Sequence record: SRR22947725_1806
DNA length: 55,342 nucleotides
Direction: 5' to 3' (one strand)
Shown here: positions 1 through 8,846 of the stretch, in pieces
How the letters are laid out: every line of letters starts with the position of its first letter
Position numbering within the stretch: position 1 is the first letter of the stretch
Program-made: the position numbers and the translations under genes
Notes under the pieces: generated by a model
Told to the model about the DNA's origin: nothing
Seen by the model: the letters and a program-made list of their open reading frames with translations, nothing else
Database searches by the model: none

Positions 1-236
1 CCTGCTCAACGGGTGTGTGGAGGGTGCGTTCGGGGTGGTGGCCCACACGGTGAGAGCGGTTTTGTTCACACGCTGTTTGCCGTCGTTGTTGGCGACCCAG
101 ATGTTGGTGCCGTCAAATTCCATCCCGGTTGGGTTCTGTCCGACCTCGACGGTGGCAGTTTGACAGGCTGGTAGGTCCCAGCGCAGCGTTGCTGCGCAAC
201 TTGACGTCAACGGACCCGCAGGACCGGCAGGCTCGG
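1..236 (-). pseudogene. Remnant of a secreted protein with a collagen-like GPAGP stretch and a YVTN/YncE-type beta-propeller repeat
   Basis: Minus strand reads EPAGPAGPLTSSCAATLRWDLPACQTATVEVGQNPTGMEFDGTNIWVANNDG, then appears to slip frame (ggc-a-aac-agc-gtg). No start codon; runs off the window edge. Confidence 0.45.
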
Positions 237-579
237 TTCGGCCTCGCTGGGTCGCCCCTTCATCCTCGGTGCGACCGCCGCAATGGTGGTCGCACCGGCA
301 TGGGGCTTCATCGCTGTCGTGGTCGTGGTCGTGGTCGCTGTCGCGGACAGGCGGTCACGGGGAAGCGCTGCGCCGATCTTGGCCCTGACGGGCATGCTCG
401 GCGCCGACTGTGTCGCTGTGTCAGCCGTGCTGATCGAGCGTCAGGACGCACCGTTCCCAGGCGCCGGATAGACCGACGACTTCGATCACCTCCACTGCCT
501 GAGGCTCACCGCCGTGGCGCTCGTTACAGCATCGGCGTTCACCTCACGTCAGCCGCGTTCGGCCGGCACCAATTCGTAG
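232..579 (+). pseudogene. C-terminal remnant of a multi-pass membrane protein with an in-frame TAG
   Basis: Hydrophobic frame LGATAAMVVAPAWGFIAVVVVVV...APFPGAG*TDDFDHLHCLRLTAVALVTA continues past TAG at 469-471, probably TGG>TAG. Confidence 0.4.
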
Positions 580-1997
580 AGGAACTGGTAGCCGAAGAGC
601 TGCGGCCGCGCCCGGACGAGTGCTCGGTCGACCGAGCGGATGAGTCCGACGCGGTCCGATACGCCGGACTCGCTCGAACCACGATCAGCGACCTCGAGCG
701 GGAGCCCGGTGGCGTCGCGGCGGACGACGGCGAACCCGGTCCGATCGATCAACTGCTCGAAGCTGCGTCGGGTGAAGAAGCGGATGTGCGTGGCATCAAG
801 AATGCCTCGACGGTCGTAGTCGAAGAGTCCCAGCAGGACGCGCAGGCGTGGATACCAATGGGCGAAGTTCGGCACCGAGGCCAATAGCGAGCCATTGGCC
901 GCCATATGTGTGCGGGCGGTTCTCAGCAGCGCTGCAGGATCGCGAACGTGCTCGATGACATCAGCACACAGCACGACGTCGTAGTCATTATCGAGTGTTG
1001 CCGGCAGGCCGGTGTCGAGGTCGTGCTGCACGAAGACGTCGAGGCGGCTCTCGACGCCATCAACGTGGTCCACATCGACACCGGTGACGTGGTGTCCGAG
1101 GGCTCGGAGGCGGTGTCCGAGCAAACCATCGCTGCATCCGAGGTCGAGGATTCTCGAGCGTGGCTGGTTCGCCATCCAACTCAACAATCGGCCGTGCGAC
1201 GAGTCGACACTTTCCTTGATCTCATACGGCTGTGACGCAAAAGTCAGTTCGCCGGTTCCGAAGCCCATCTTGTGCATGCGGTAGCGACTGACCAATTTGG
1301 TCACGTCCCACGCATACGCCAGGCCGTTGACGTGACAGATTTCGTCGCCGTAGTAGGTGGGGATCGGGAGTTCGGCAATCTTGGCCCCTGATTCGACGAG
1401 CTGCACGATGATTTGGGTGTCGAAGTCGAATCCGTTGGAGTTGTCGAGGAATGGAATGTTCTGCAGTGCGGCCACTGAGTACGCCCGGTAGCCGCTGTGC
1501 CATTCAGTGAAGTCGGTACCCGCCAAAGCGTTTTGGTAGGAGCTGAGGATGCGGTTCCCGTAGTACTTGTAGCGCGGCATACCGCCGACGAGCGCTTGCC
1601 CGGACTCCATCATGCGCGACCCGAAGACGGCGTCTGCCTCGCCATTGATCAACGGCCGGACGATTTGGGGAAGGAACTCGGGCGCATACTGCCCGTCACC
1701 GTGCAACATCACGACGATGTCGAGGCCGGTCTCGATGGCCCACCGGTAGCCCGCCTTCTGGTTGCCGCCGTAGCCTAGGTTGACGGGGCGTCTCGTGATT
1801 TCGACGGGCAACGATGCGGCGTTGACGCCGCCGCTGTCGCTGTAGCGGATGCCGACTTCATACGTGTTGTCTTGGCTGGCATCGTCACACACCAAGACGG
1901 CGGTGATCTGGTCGATGAAATCCGGCGGAATGCGGTCGAGAGTCTCTGCGAGATGGTCTTCGGCGTTGTAGGCGACCACCAGCACGCCGATCTTCAT
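549..1997 (-). CDS. GT2 (DPM-synthase-like) glycosyltransferase fused to a class I SAM methyltransferase
   Basis: N-terminal VVAYN, CDDASQD, NLGYGGNQK and HGDGQY GT2 motifs; C-terminal ILDLGCSDG and DVIEHV methyltransferase motifs; TAGGAT -10 box 8 nt before ATG. Confidence 0.88.
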   Translation of the reverse strand: MKIGVLVVAYNAEDHLAETLDRIPPDFIDQITAVLVCDDASQDNTYEVGIRYSDSGGVNAASLPVEITRRPVNLGYGGNQKAGYRWAIETGLDIVVMLHGDGQYAPEFLPQIVRPLINGEADAVFGSRMMESGQALVGGMPRYKYYGNRILSSYQNALAGTDFTEWHSGYRAYSVAALQNIPFLDNSNGFDFDTQIIVQLVESGAKIAELPIPTYYGDEICHVNGLAYAWDVTKLVSRYRMHKMGFGTGELTFASQPYEIKESVDSSHGRLLSWMANQPRSRILDLGCSDGLLGHRLRALGHHVTGVDVDHVDGVESRLDVFVQHDLDTGLPATLDNDYDVVLCADVIEHVRDPAALLRTARTHMAANGSLLASVPNFAHWYPRLRVLLGLFDYDRRGILDATHIRFFTRRSFEQLIDRTGFAVVRRDATGLPLEVADRGSSESGVSDRVGLIRSVDRALVRARPQLFGYQFLYELVPAERG

Positions 1998-2018
1998 GGC
2001 AGCTGATCCTAGCGACGG

Positions 2019-4205
2019 TTAGGGCGAGCTTTCTGCCTCGTCGAGCGCACTGCGCAAGCGGTTGCATACCGGCGTCTCGATCGGCTCGGTCGTGACGAAG
2101 GATGCGGCATCGTCTACGACGCCTGGTAGTTCATCGAGGTTGCGCGCAACGGTGGTGAACACTGCACCGTCAGCCGGAATCTCGGCATATGCGGCGAACC
2201 GGCCGTCGAGGTAAACGTTAAGTCGGCCCACGTAGGGGTCGGCAAACACCTGCCACTGCAGCGCCTCGCCGGCCCGCAATGGAAGGTCGGGCCCTGGTCG
2301 CCTCGTGTTTACAGTCGTGATGACAGTGGTCATTACCCCTTCGACTGGATCGGACTCGACGCTCACCGTGAGCCCATCGCCCGATGTGGCGAGGTGCACC
2401 AACGGAATCTCTTGTTCCGGGTCACCGTTGAGGGTGAGGGTGCCACGGCTCGCACCCTGCTCACCCGCCAATTCGGCGAGTTGCCAGTGGAAGAGGCCTC
2501 TGTCGGGGGGAACCCTGCCGTCGCTGATGAACAACGCCGAGCAATCGCCGACAATCACCACGTCACCGATTCCACCCTGGGCCGGCAATCGCTCCGTGAC
2601 GCTGAGGCGGGCCAACTTTCCGTCACCGATCCAGCCGTCCACGCGTTGCTGGCTGTCGAGGTAGCTGGATACTGCTGCTGGGTGCGTGGGCGGGCTGAAG
2701 ACGCGCTGATAGCTGTAGCCAAAAGCAAGGTTCACGACGAAACCCACGGTGACCAGCACCGGTGCTGCAATGAACAGGAACGTCCGGCGGCGGGGAGTCG
2801 CCGACGAGCCCGCCTGCAACCACCGTGTGGCCACGGGTAATCCGATCAGCGCGCTCACGACCAACAACGGCAGAAAGTCGCTCTGGTAGCGGTTCGCGAG
2901 ATACCCGATGGCCATCACGGCAACGGTGCCGAGCAAGCAGCCGGCCAGAATAAGGCGAAGTGGCCTCATTCGGTCGTTTGTGGCGCGGGCGACGGCCCAG
3001 GCCCCGACGACACTGAGCACCACGAGGAATGGCATCGTCGTTGGCAGCCCCGATGTGAGATCCATCAGGTCGTAGACCGGCGAGCCAATGGTGCTGACCG
3101 GGCGTCGCATGTGCAGGAACGGAAATGTGGTGTCGATGCCGATGAGGTCTGGTCGGAGGTACGACATGAGGTTCGTGGGCAGAAACTTCCAGTTGAAGAG
3201 CGTGCCACCATTGGCCTCGAGCATCTCCCGGCGCTGTTCAATGAGGAGCGTGTAGCCCTGTTGGTCGAAGGGCACGCCGAGTAGCCGCCGGAATTTCAAC
3301 CAGTTCACGATGCTGTAGCTGACGATCGGGGCGCTCAACGCTGCTGACATCAGGACAAAGGTCAGGCCGGTCAATCTGGGCTCGATAGCAGGGGTGGACA
3401 CTGTGCTGCCGGCGCCGCCGCGCCGACCCCGGATGACGAAATCGACCATCGGCTTGGCCATGACCAGCCCGAGTGCGGCGAGCGCACCGCCAGCGACCGA
3501 AGGGCGGGTCAGGAGCGCGAGCATTGTCAGGCTCGAGGTCAGCACCAGGAGTCGGTGCGATTGCCGGCTGTTGATGTCGTCGGTGTCCATCCATACGAGC
3601 AATACGGCAATCGCCGCCATCGTCAGGGCGCTTCCCCACAGGATCGCCTCGTGGTAGATCCACGTACGCGACGACGCGTAGAGCAAACTGCTAGCTCCCA
3701 CGATGGAGAACATCGTGAGCGCGACGCCGACCGATTCGATGCGGGAGACGTCGACGGTGGGCTCGCTGACGTCACCGAGCAGGACTCGCTGGCGCAGCCG
3801 CCACCCGAGGTGCATCGTTGCGGCCATCAGCACGATCAAGGCACTGAACATCGAGACTGCTGCGAGCTGCCCGTCGAGTGATCGGGTGAATGTCACGAAC
3901 GGGAGACGAAGGAGGGCCGGGACCGGACCGAAGTACATGAAGTGTTGATCGCCCCGAGCAAACGACTCGATCCCGAGGATCCGCTGGTCCATAGCGAACG
4001 TGCCATCGAGCAGCGCTCGAGCTTGTTCGTCGTAAAAGTCGCTCAGACGACCCCATCGCAGCGGGTTCCAGGTTCCTTCGGTCAACATCCAGGCCTGCGG
4101 AATCAGACCGAGCAGACCGCCGATCAACGCGGCGCGCTTCCAACGCATTGGTGCCATCTGGACAGCAGCGTCCGCGCATTGTCCTTCCAGCACAGGCCTA
4201 ATCAT
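2019..4205 (-). CDS. Large polytopic membrane protein, possible GT-C-type glycosyltransferase with an extracellular C-terminal domain (start uncertain, possibly 4157)
   Basis: 728-aa ORF with many hydrophobic segments, DFYDEQARALLDG and YFGPVPALL in the first loop; same strand as and adjacent to the GT2 gene. Confidence 0.65.
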   Translation of the reverse strand: MIRPVLEGQCADAAVQMAPMRWKRAALIGGLLGLIPQAWMLTEGTWNPLRWGRLSDFYDEQARALLDGTFAMDQRILGIESFARGDQHFMYFGPVPALLRLPFVTFTRSLDGQLAAVSMFSALIVLMAATMHLGWRLRQRVLLGDVSEPTVDVSRIESVGVALTMFSIVGASSLLYASSRTWIYHEAILWGSALTMAAIAVLLVWMDTDDINSRQSHRLLVLTSSLTMLALLTRPSVAGGALAALGLVMAKPMVDFVIRGRRGGAGSTVSTPAIEPRLTGLTFVLMSAALSAPIVSYSIVNWLKFRRLLGVPFDQQGYTLLIEQRREMLEANGGTLFNWKFLPTNLMSYLRPDLIGIDTTFPFLHMRRPVSTIGSPVYDLMDLTSGLPTTMPFLVVLSVVGAWAVARATNDRMRPLRLILAGCLLGTVAVMAIGYLANRYQSDFLPLLVVSALIGLPVATRWLQAGSSATPRRRTFLFIAAPVLVTVGFVVNLAFGYSYQRVFSPPTHPAAVSSYLDSQQRVDGWIGDGKLARLSVTERLPAQGGIGDVVIVGDCSALFISDGRVPPDRGLFHWQLAELAGEQGASRGTLTLNGDPEQEIPLVHLATSGDGLTVSVESDPVEGVMTTVITTVNTRRPGPDLPLRAGEALQWQVFADPYVGRLNVYLDGRFAAYAEIPADGAVFTTVARNLDELPGVVDDAASFVTTEPIETPVCNRLRSALDEAESSP

Positions 4206-4270
4206 ATGGTGTACCGCTCGTTGGAAGGAGGGCGCGGAAACGGGTCGCCCAGGGCCCTGATTTCTACTAG

Positions 4271-4300
4271 AAGGGGATCCGTAATTCTACGAATCCCCCT
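4271..4300 (-). terminator. Hairpin immediately 3' of tmRNA
   Basis: Minus strand AGGGGGATTCGTA-GAAT-TACGGATCCCCTT stem-loop. Confidence 0.6.
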
Positions 4301-4303
4301 AAG

Positions 4304-4692
4304 TGGAGCTGGGGGGAATCGAACCCCCGTCCCTCAGCCGGTGGACGAACTTGCTACAACCATTCCCGGCTTTGACTCTGACGCTGAGACACCGACGGGT
4401 CGGCTGTCCGCTCAAGGCGGACCACGCTCAGTCTTTCCTGAAAGTCAGCAGTCTTTCCCGCTGGCAATGGTCTTTCCCATTGTCATCCCCCACTTCTGTT
4501 GCCGGGCTGTGGTGGAGTGGCCCCGTGCGACATTTCTGCTCACGATGATTCGTTCTCAACCTGAGTAATCAGGCGGCGAGAGCGAAATTGTCGTTATCAA
4601 CGGCAATTGTGTTTTTTTCCCCGTTTAACGAGTCTGAGAAACTCGGGTTGCAAACTCGAACAGCGTTACTGACGTCGAATCCAGTCAGCCCC
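4304..4692 (-). ncRNA. ssrA: tmRNA; tag peptide (A)AVDNDNFALAA at 4569-4604
   Basis: 5' GGGGCTGACTGGATTCGAC; 3' GGGGGTTCGATTCCCCCCAGCTCCA T-arm and acceptor stem; internal tag ORF ending ALAA-stop; directly downstream of smpB. Confidence 0.97.
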
Positions 4693-4749
4693 GTGATCAA
4701 TATGTGAACCTTCAACGTAGCTGGTGAAAGAGCAGATCGGTCGTCAGCT

Positions 4750-5262
4750 TCAGCTGTTGCCGTACTTGGCGGCACGGTTGAATGCTGCTTCGATCTCTCG
4801 ATCGGCATCGCGTTCGGCCAGGTTGTGGCGCTTGTCGCCTTTGGTTCGGCCCTTGGCGAGCCCGATTTCGAGCTTGGCGCGGCCGTCTTTCCAATACAGG
4901 CGAAGCGGCACGATGGTGAGTCCGCCCTGGGCGGTGCGCATATCGATCTTGTCGATCTCAGCTCGATTGAGCAGCAGTTTGCGTTCCCGGTCGGGTTGGT
5001 GGGCGCCGAACCCGATGGCGTTGGTGTACGGGGGGATGTGGATGCCGTCAAGCCACATCTCGCCTTTGCGGACTCGGGCATAGCCCTCGGCGATCTGGGC
5101 GTTGCCCTCGCGCAGGCTTTTCACTTCGCTTCCTGTGAGGACCATGCCGGCTTCCCAGGTGTCGAGAATCTCGTAGTCTCGATAGGCGCGCTTGTAGCTG
5201 GCAATCAGCGTGGTGCCGTCGTCTTTCGACCCACGTTTGGTCTTCTTGCCCTTCTTCGCCAT
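4750..5262 (-). CDS. smpB: SsrA-binding protein SmpB
   Basis: MAKKGKK...YEILDTWEAGMVLTGSEVKSLR, RKLLL, GLAKGRTKGDKR; true start lies inside the longer 432-aa ORF. Confidence 0.97.
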   Translation of the reverse strand: MAKKGKKTKRGSKDDGTTLIASYKRAYRDYEILDTWEAGMVLTGSEVKSLREGNAQIAEGYARVRKGEMWLDGIHIPPYTNAIGFGAHQPDRERKLLLNRAEIDKIDMRTAQGGLTIVPLRLYWKDGRAKLEIGLAKGRTKGDKRHNLAERDADREIEAAFNRAAKYGNS

Positions 5263-5310
5263 CCTGCCAATCCTGTTTCGGGGTGTCACGCTATCGGTAC
5301 CCTCGCGACG

Positions 5311-5709
5311 GTGATCGAGATCTCCCGAGATGCGTACAACCAGATCATTGGCGAGGCGCTTGATGAGTATCCGCTCGAGATGTGCGGACTTCTCGTTGGT
5401 CCGTCGCCCGACCGGGCCCCTGAGTTTCACGCAACGCGGAACGACGACGCTTCGGCCCGGGTGTACACGGCGAACCCGAAAGATTTCATGCGCATCGACA
5501 TGGCTGCGGACGATCGTGGCTGGGAGATCAACGGGGTGGTGCACAGTCACACGCATTCCGAGCCGTATCCGAGCCCGACCGATGTCGCCGCCGCTGTCGA
5601 TCCGCACTGGCACTACGTGATCGTCAGCTTGAAGCGGCAAGCTCCAGAGGTGCGGAGCTACCGCATCGCCGACGGCGAGATCATCGAAGAGCAGATCGCG
5701 GTTCTCTGA
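5311..5709 (+). CDS. mec: M67/JAMM metallopeptidase (Mec-like, CysO-cysteine peptidase)
   Basis: EMCGLL and HSHTHSEPYPSPTD JAMM motif; GTG start 7 nt after TACCCT; upstream of cysM. Confidence 0.9.
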   Translation: MIEISRDAYNQIIGEALDEYPLEMCGLLVGPSPDRAPEFHATRNDDASARVYTANPKDFMRIDMAADDRGWEINGVVHSHTHSEPYPSPTDVAAAVDPHWHYVIVSLKRQAPEVRSYRIADGEIIEEQIAVL

Positions 5710-5774
5710 CTCAGAAGCCAGCGAAACTGCCGGCGGACTTTGAGCTCGAGGTCCCACGTTTCGCCGGGTGCTTG

Positions 5775-5811
5775 TACGATTCCTGACAACCCAGATCGGA
5801 TTTGTCGGAAT
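5775..5811 (+). promoter_or_regulatory. cysM -10 box (TACGAT) overlapped by a candidate Rrf2-family operator
   Basis: ATTCCTGACAA-N-TTGTCGGAAT dyad; the 25-mer ATTCCTGACAACCCAGATCGGATTT resembles IscR type-1 and CymR boxes. Confidence 0.5.
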
Positions 5812-5851
5812 GCCCGAGAGAGCGCCGAGGTTGAGACAGGAGATGAACGCC

Positions 5852-6847
5852 ATGACGATGACCTCACCCCCCGTAGTTACCGGACTCCCAATGCCGAACA
5901 TGCTGCACGAGGACGTCCTCAGCATGATCGGCAACACGCCGCTCGTCGACGTGTCCAACCTGTCGCCGAACCCAAATGTGCGGATTCTGGCCAAGATGGA
6001 GATGCAGAATCCGTTCGGTTCGGTCAAGGATCGCATCGCGAAGAACATGATCGAGACAGCCGAAGCAGACGGACGGCTGCAACCCGGTCAGACCATTCTT
6101 GAGCCATCGTCAGGTAACACCGGCATCGCGCTCGCGGCCATTGCCGGCATCAAGGGGTACCCAATCAAGATCATGATGCCGGACAGCGTGTCGATCGAGC
6201 GCCGCCAGATGCTTGAGATCTTCGGCGCCGAAATCATCCTGACTCCCGGCCCCGAAGGTTCGAATGGCGCAGTTGCTCGAGCAAAGGCCCTCGCTGCCGA
6301 GCATCCCGAGTGGTACTTCCCGTACCAGTACGCGAACGACGCCAACCCGCGTGCCCATTTCGAGGGCACCGGACCAGAGATCGTTCGCGATGCGCCTGAG
6401 ATCACGCACTTCGTTGCCGGGCTCGGCACGAGCGGCACGTTGATGGGGACCGGCACCTTCCTCAAGCAGCATGACCCGACGATTCAGGTCATTGCTGTGG
6501 AGCCGCCGTTGGGGGAGCGCGTCGAGGGTCTCCGCAACATCGGTGACGGGTACATCCCGCCGGTGTTCGAGAACTGGAATGGCTACGAGCTCCTCGACCG
6601 CAAGCGTGTGGTGCGGCCGCGGGAGTCAATCGAGTGGACGCGCCGACTGGTCAACGAGTGCGGGATCTTCGCCGGAATCTCCGCGGGGGCGGCCATGGCC
6701 GGAGCGGCCAAGGTGGCGTCGCAGATCGATGCCGGCACGATCGTGTTCATCGTCTGCGACGGCGGCTGGAAGTATCTGTCGACCGGTGCGTACACCGATG
6801 ATCTCGACGTCGCGGAAGCAAACGCGGAATCGATCATCTACTTCTGA
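5852..6847 (+). CDS. cysM: PLP-dependent cysteine synthase (CysM, O-phosphoserine sulfhydrylase-like)
   Basis: IGNTPLV, NPFGSVKDR, EPSSGNTG, GLGTSGT, DGGWKYLSTG; AGGAG RBS at 5838-5842. Confidence 0.92.
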   Translation: MTMTSPPVVTGLPMPNMLHEDVLSMIGNTPLVDVSNLSPNPNVRILAKMEMQNPFGSVKDRIAKNMIETAEADGRLQPGQTILEPSSGNTGIALAAIAGIKGYPIKIMMPDSVSIERRQMLEIFGAEIILTPGPEGSNGAVARAKALAAEHPEWYFPYQYANDANPRAHFEGTGPEIVRDAPEITHFVAGLGTSGTLMGTGTFLKQHDPTIQVIAVEPPLGERVEGLRNIGDGYIPPVFENWNGYELLDRKRVVRPRESIEWTRRLVNECGIFAGISAGAAMAGAAKVASQIDAGTIVFIVCDGGWKYLSTGAYTDDLDVAEANAESIIYF

Positions 6848-6869
6848 CAGGCGTCCCCCTGATTCTGGC

Positions 6870-7200
6870 TCAGATGCTGACGAAGTCGGCGGTTCCGGCC
6901 TCTGCGCCGTCACCCGGGCCTTTGCCTGTGAATTGGCTCATTTCGAGCGAGTAGTAAAAGCCCTGAGCATCCATCACTTCGTCGTGGGCCGCCAACTCCT
7001 CGATCGCCCCACCGTTCAAGACCATGATGCGATCCGAGTCGCGGATGGTGGAGGGGCGATGTGCGATTGTGAAGCTCGTTCTATCGTCCATCAGCGCGCG
7101 CATCCCGTCTTGGATCAACTTGGCTGAGATGGGCGCCGCGCTCGGTCAGCATGGTGGCGTAGCCGTCCGGCAACGAGGTGGTGAAGCCATGTGCGCTGTC
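6870..7200 (-). pseudogene. ABC exporter ATPase C-terminal remnant with an internal deletion
   Basis: AHGFTTSLPDGYATMLTERGAHLSQ jumps out of frame into LIQDGMRALMDDRTSFTIAHRPSTIRDSDRIMVL; the rest of the signature motif, Walker B and D-loop are missing. Confidence 0.85.
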
Positions 7201-7314
7201 CAAACGTCGCCGTCGGAGCCGAACCGCACGCAGTTGGCTCACCAGCGAATAGTGCTGATCCGTCGGCGCGCCGAGAGGGCAGCTGTCAGCTTCGAGGCGA
7301 TTGGGCGGCCAAAG

Positions 7315-7349
7315 CTCAAGTAATCGTCTCGATTGACCGAGACAAGTGT
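7315..7349 (+). promoter_or_regulatory. Candidate sigma-28 (WhiG/FliA) promoter, leaderless
   Basis: CTCAAG-N15-ACCGAGAC-N6-GTG; same architecture at 39727-39764. Confidence 0.55.
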
Positions 7350-8846
7350 GTGACCGATCTGCAGGCGCCGCCGCGCACCGAACCGACGACGCTGCCAGCG
7401 CCGACGCTTGGTGGAGTCAGCGAACGCGCCCCGATGCCCCCGCCTCCATTTCAGGTTCCGGCCGCGCCACCACCCTCGCTTCCAGTGCTGAACGGTGCCC
7501 CCGATCGTGCCGCCGATGCCACGTTTTGTGCTCTCGGAGATCGCCGAGACCGCAGAGACCACCGACGCCAGACTTGACAGCCCCATCACCGACGCCGCAC
7601 TCCCTATAGTGCACAATGCCACTGGACACGTCGCTGATCTCGGGTGCCCACCGATCCTCGAAATTCCACCTGCGATCACGCTCAAGAACACCGATCCATC
7701 TGCATTCGTCGCGGCGCCAACAACGGACACCACGGTTGTTGACGTCATCTCCAACGCGTCGCCAAGGGACCAGCTTGGCAATCCGTCACCGGTCGCGACG
7801 GCGCCGTTGCTGCCAGGTGTCGCTGTGGCCCAGGCGTCGAGCATCGCGCCTCAGAACCCGGTGTCGCATCACCCGATGCAGCAGGGCGCGACAATGACTT
7901 CGCTGGCTGACGCGCGGCAGGAGCCCGCTGCTCAGCCGATCGCGACTGGTCGCGGATTTGGTCGATCATTTGCTCGAACCATCTTCGGCGTCGTCTTGGC
8001 GGGAGCGCTCGGAGCGGGAGCACATCTCGGATACGACTGGTGGGAACAGCTCGACGCCGTCGGAGTTGGAGGCGTTGCCGTCGATGGGCGCGACCTCGCG
8101 TCCTGGCCGCAGGTCGACCCGCCAGCGATTCGCTACATCGATAGCGTCACGACATTCCGTGGCAGCACCGGGGTCCGCACGCTGACAGTGCACCGCGAGA
8201 TCGCCTCCGGTCAAACACAGGCCGCGGTGCAGTCCACCGACACCGCGGGAACAGACCTTGGCATTGTTGAAGTCGACTTCCGCGGGGAGCAGTCGTTCAT
8301 TCGCCCCACGCCCGAGAGCCCTGGGCGATCACGTCCCAAGAAGATGCGCTCGCACGCATTGGCGATTCCTGGACCGAAGATGTGTTCACCGTGACCGACG
8401 TGTTTCCCACGGTGGCGGAGCCGTACATGACCGTGCTCGAAAGCGTGGAACGAGTGCTCCCGGTCCGTCCGCTCAATCCTGCCGCTGCCCCAAATGTCCC
8501 CGCCGAACCACTCCTTGCCATCTCGGCCGAACCAACCAGCGTGGTGTGGCAGTACCGAGTGATTGTCGACGTCGAGTCGTTCCGTTCCAACGAATTCTTG
8601 GCGCATCCGGAGTGGACCTGTCGCCTCGGGAGGAACGCAGTGCCGCGAATTGAAGCCTGGGTCGATTCGACGGGCATCGTCCGTCAACTTTCCGTGGACG
8701 TGGACGGAACCCTGGTGACGCACACGTTGGTGGCTGGTGCTGCGACCTCGACTCGGTTCGATAGGAACCCGCTACTCGACACTGACCCGGTCGCTGCTGT
8801 TGCGGTGCCGGCTGGTGAGCCCGCTTCTCTGGAGCCTGGCGAATGA
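7350..8846 (+). pseudogene. Pro-rich, membrane-anchored protein with an extracellular LppX/LolA-like domain; two frameshifts (about 7498-7502 and 8319-8321)
   Basis: Joining three frames gives VTDLQAPP...NGA/PIVPPMP...TM helix...EQSFIRPTPES/PWAITSQEDAL...IEAWVDSTGIVRQL. The rejoined segment aligns with the downstream paralog. Confidence 0.7.

Noticed and set aside
316-345. (GTCGTG)n short tandem repeat
   Set aside because: Only about three copies; encodes a poly-Val stretch of a membrane-protein remnant.
4750-6048. 432-aa extended SmpB
   Set aside because: The extension is antisense to mec and cysM; SmpB similarity starts at 5262.
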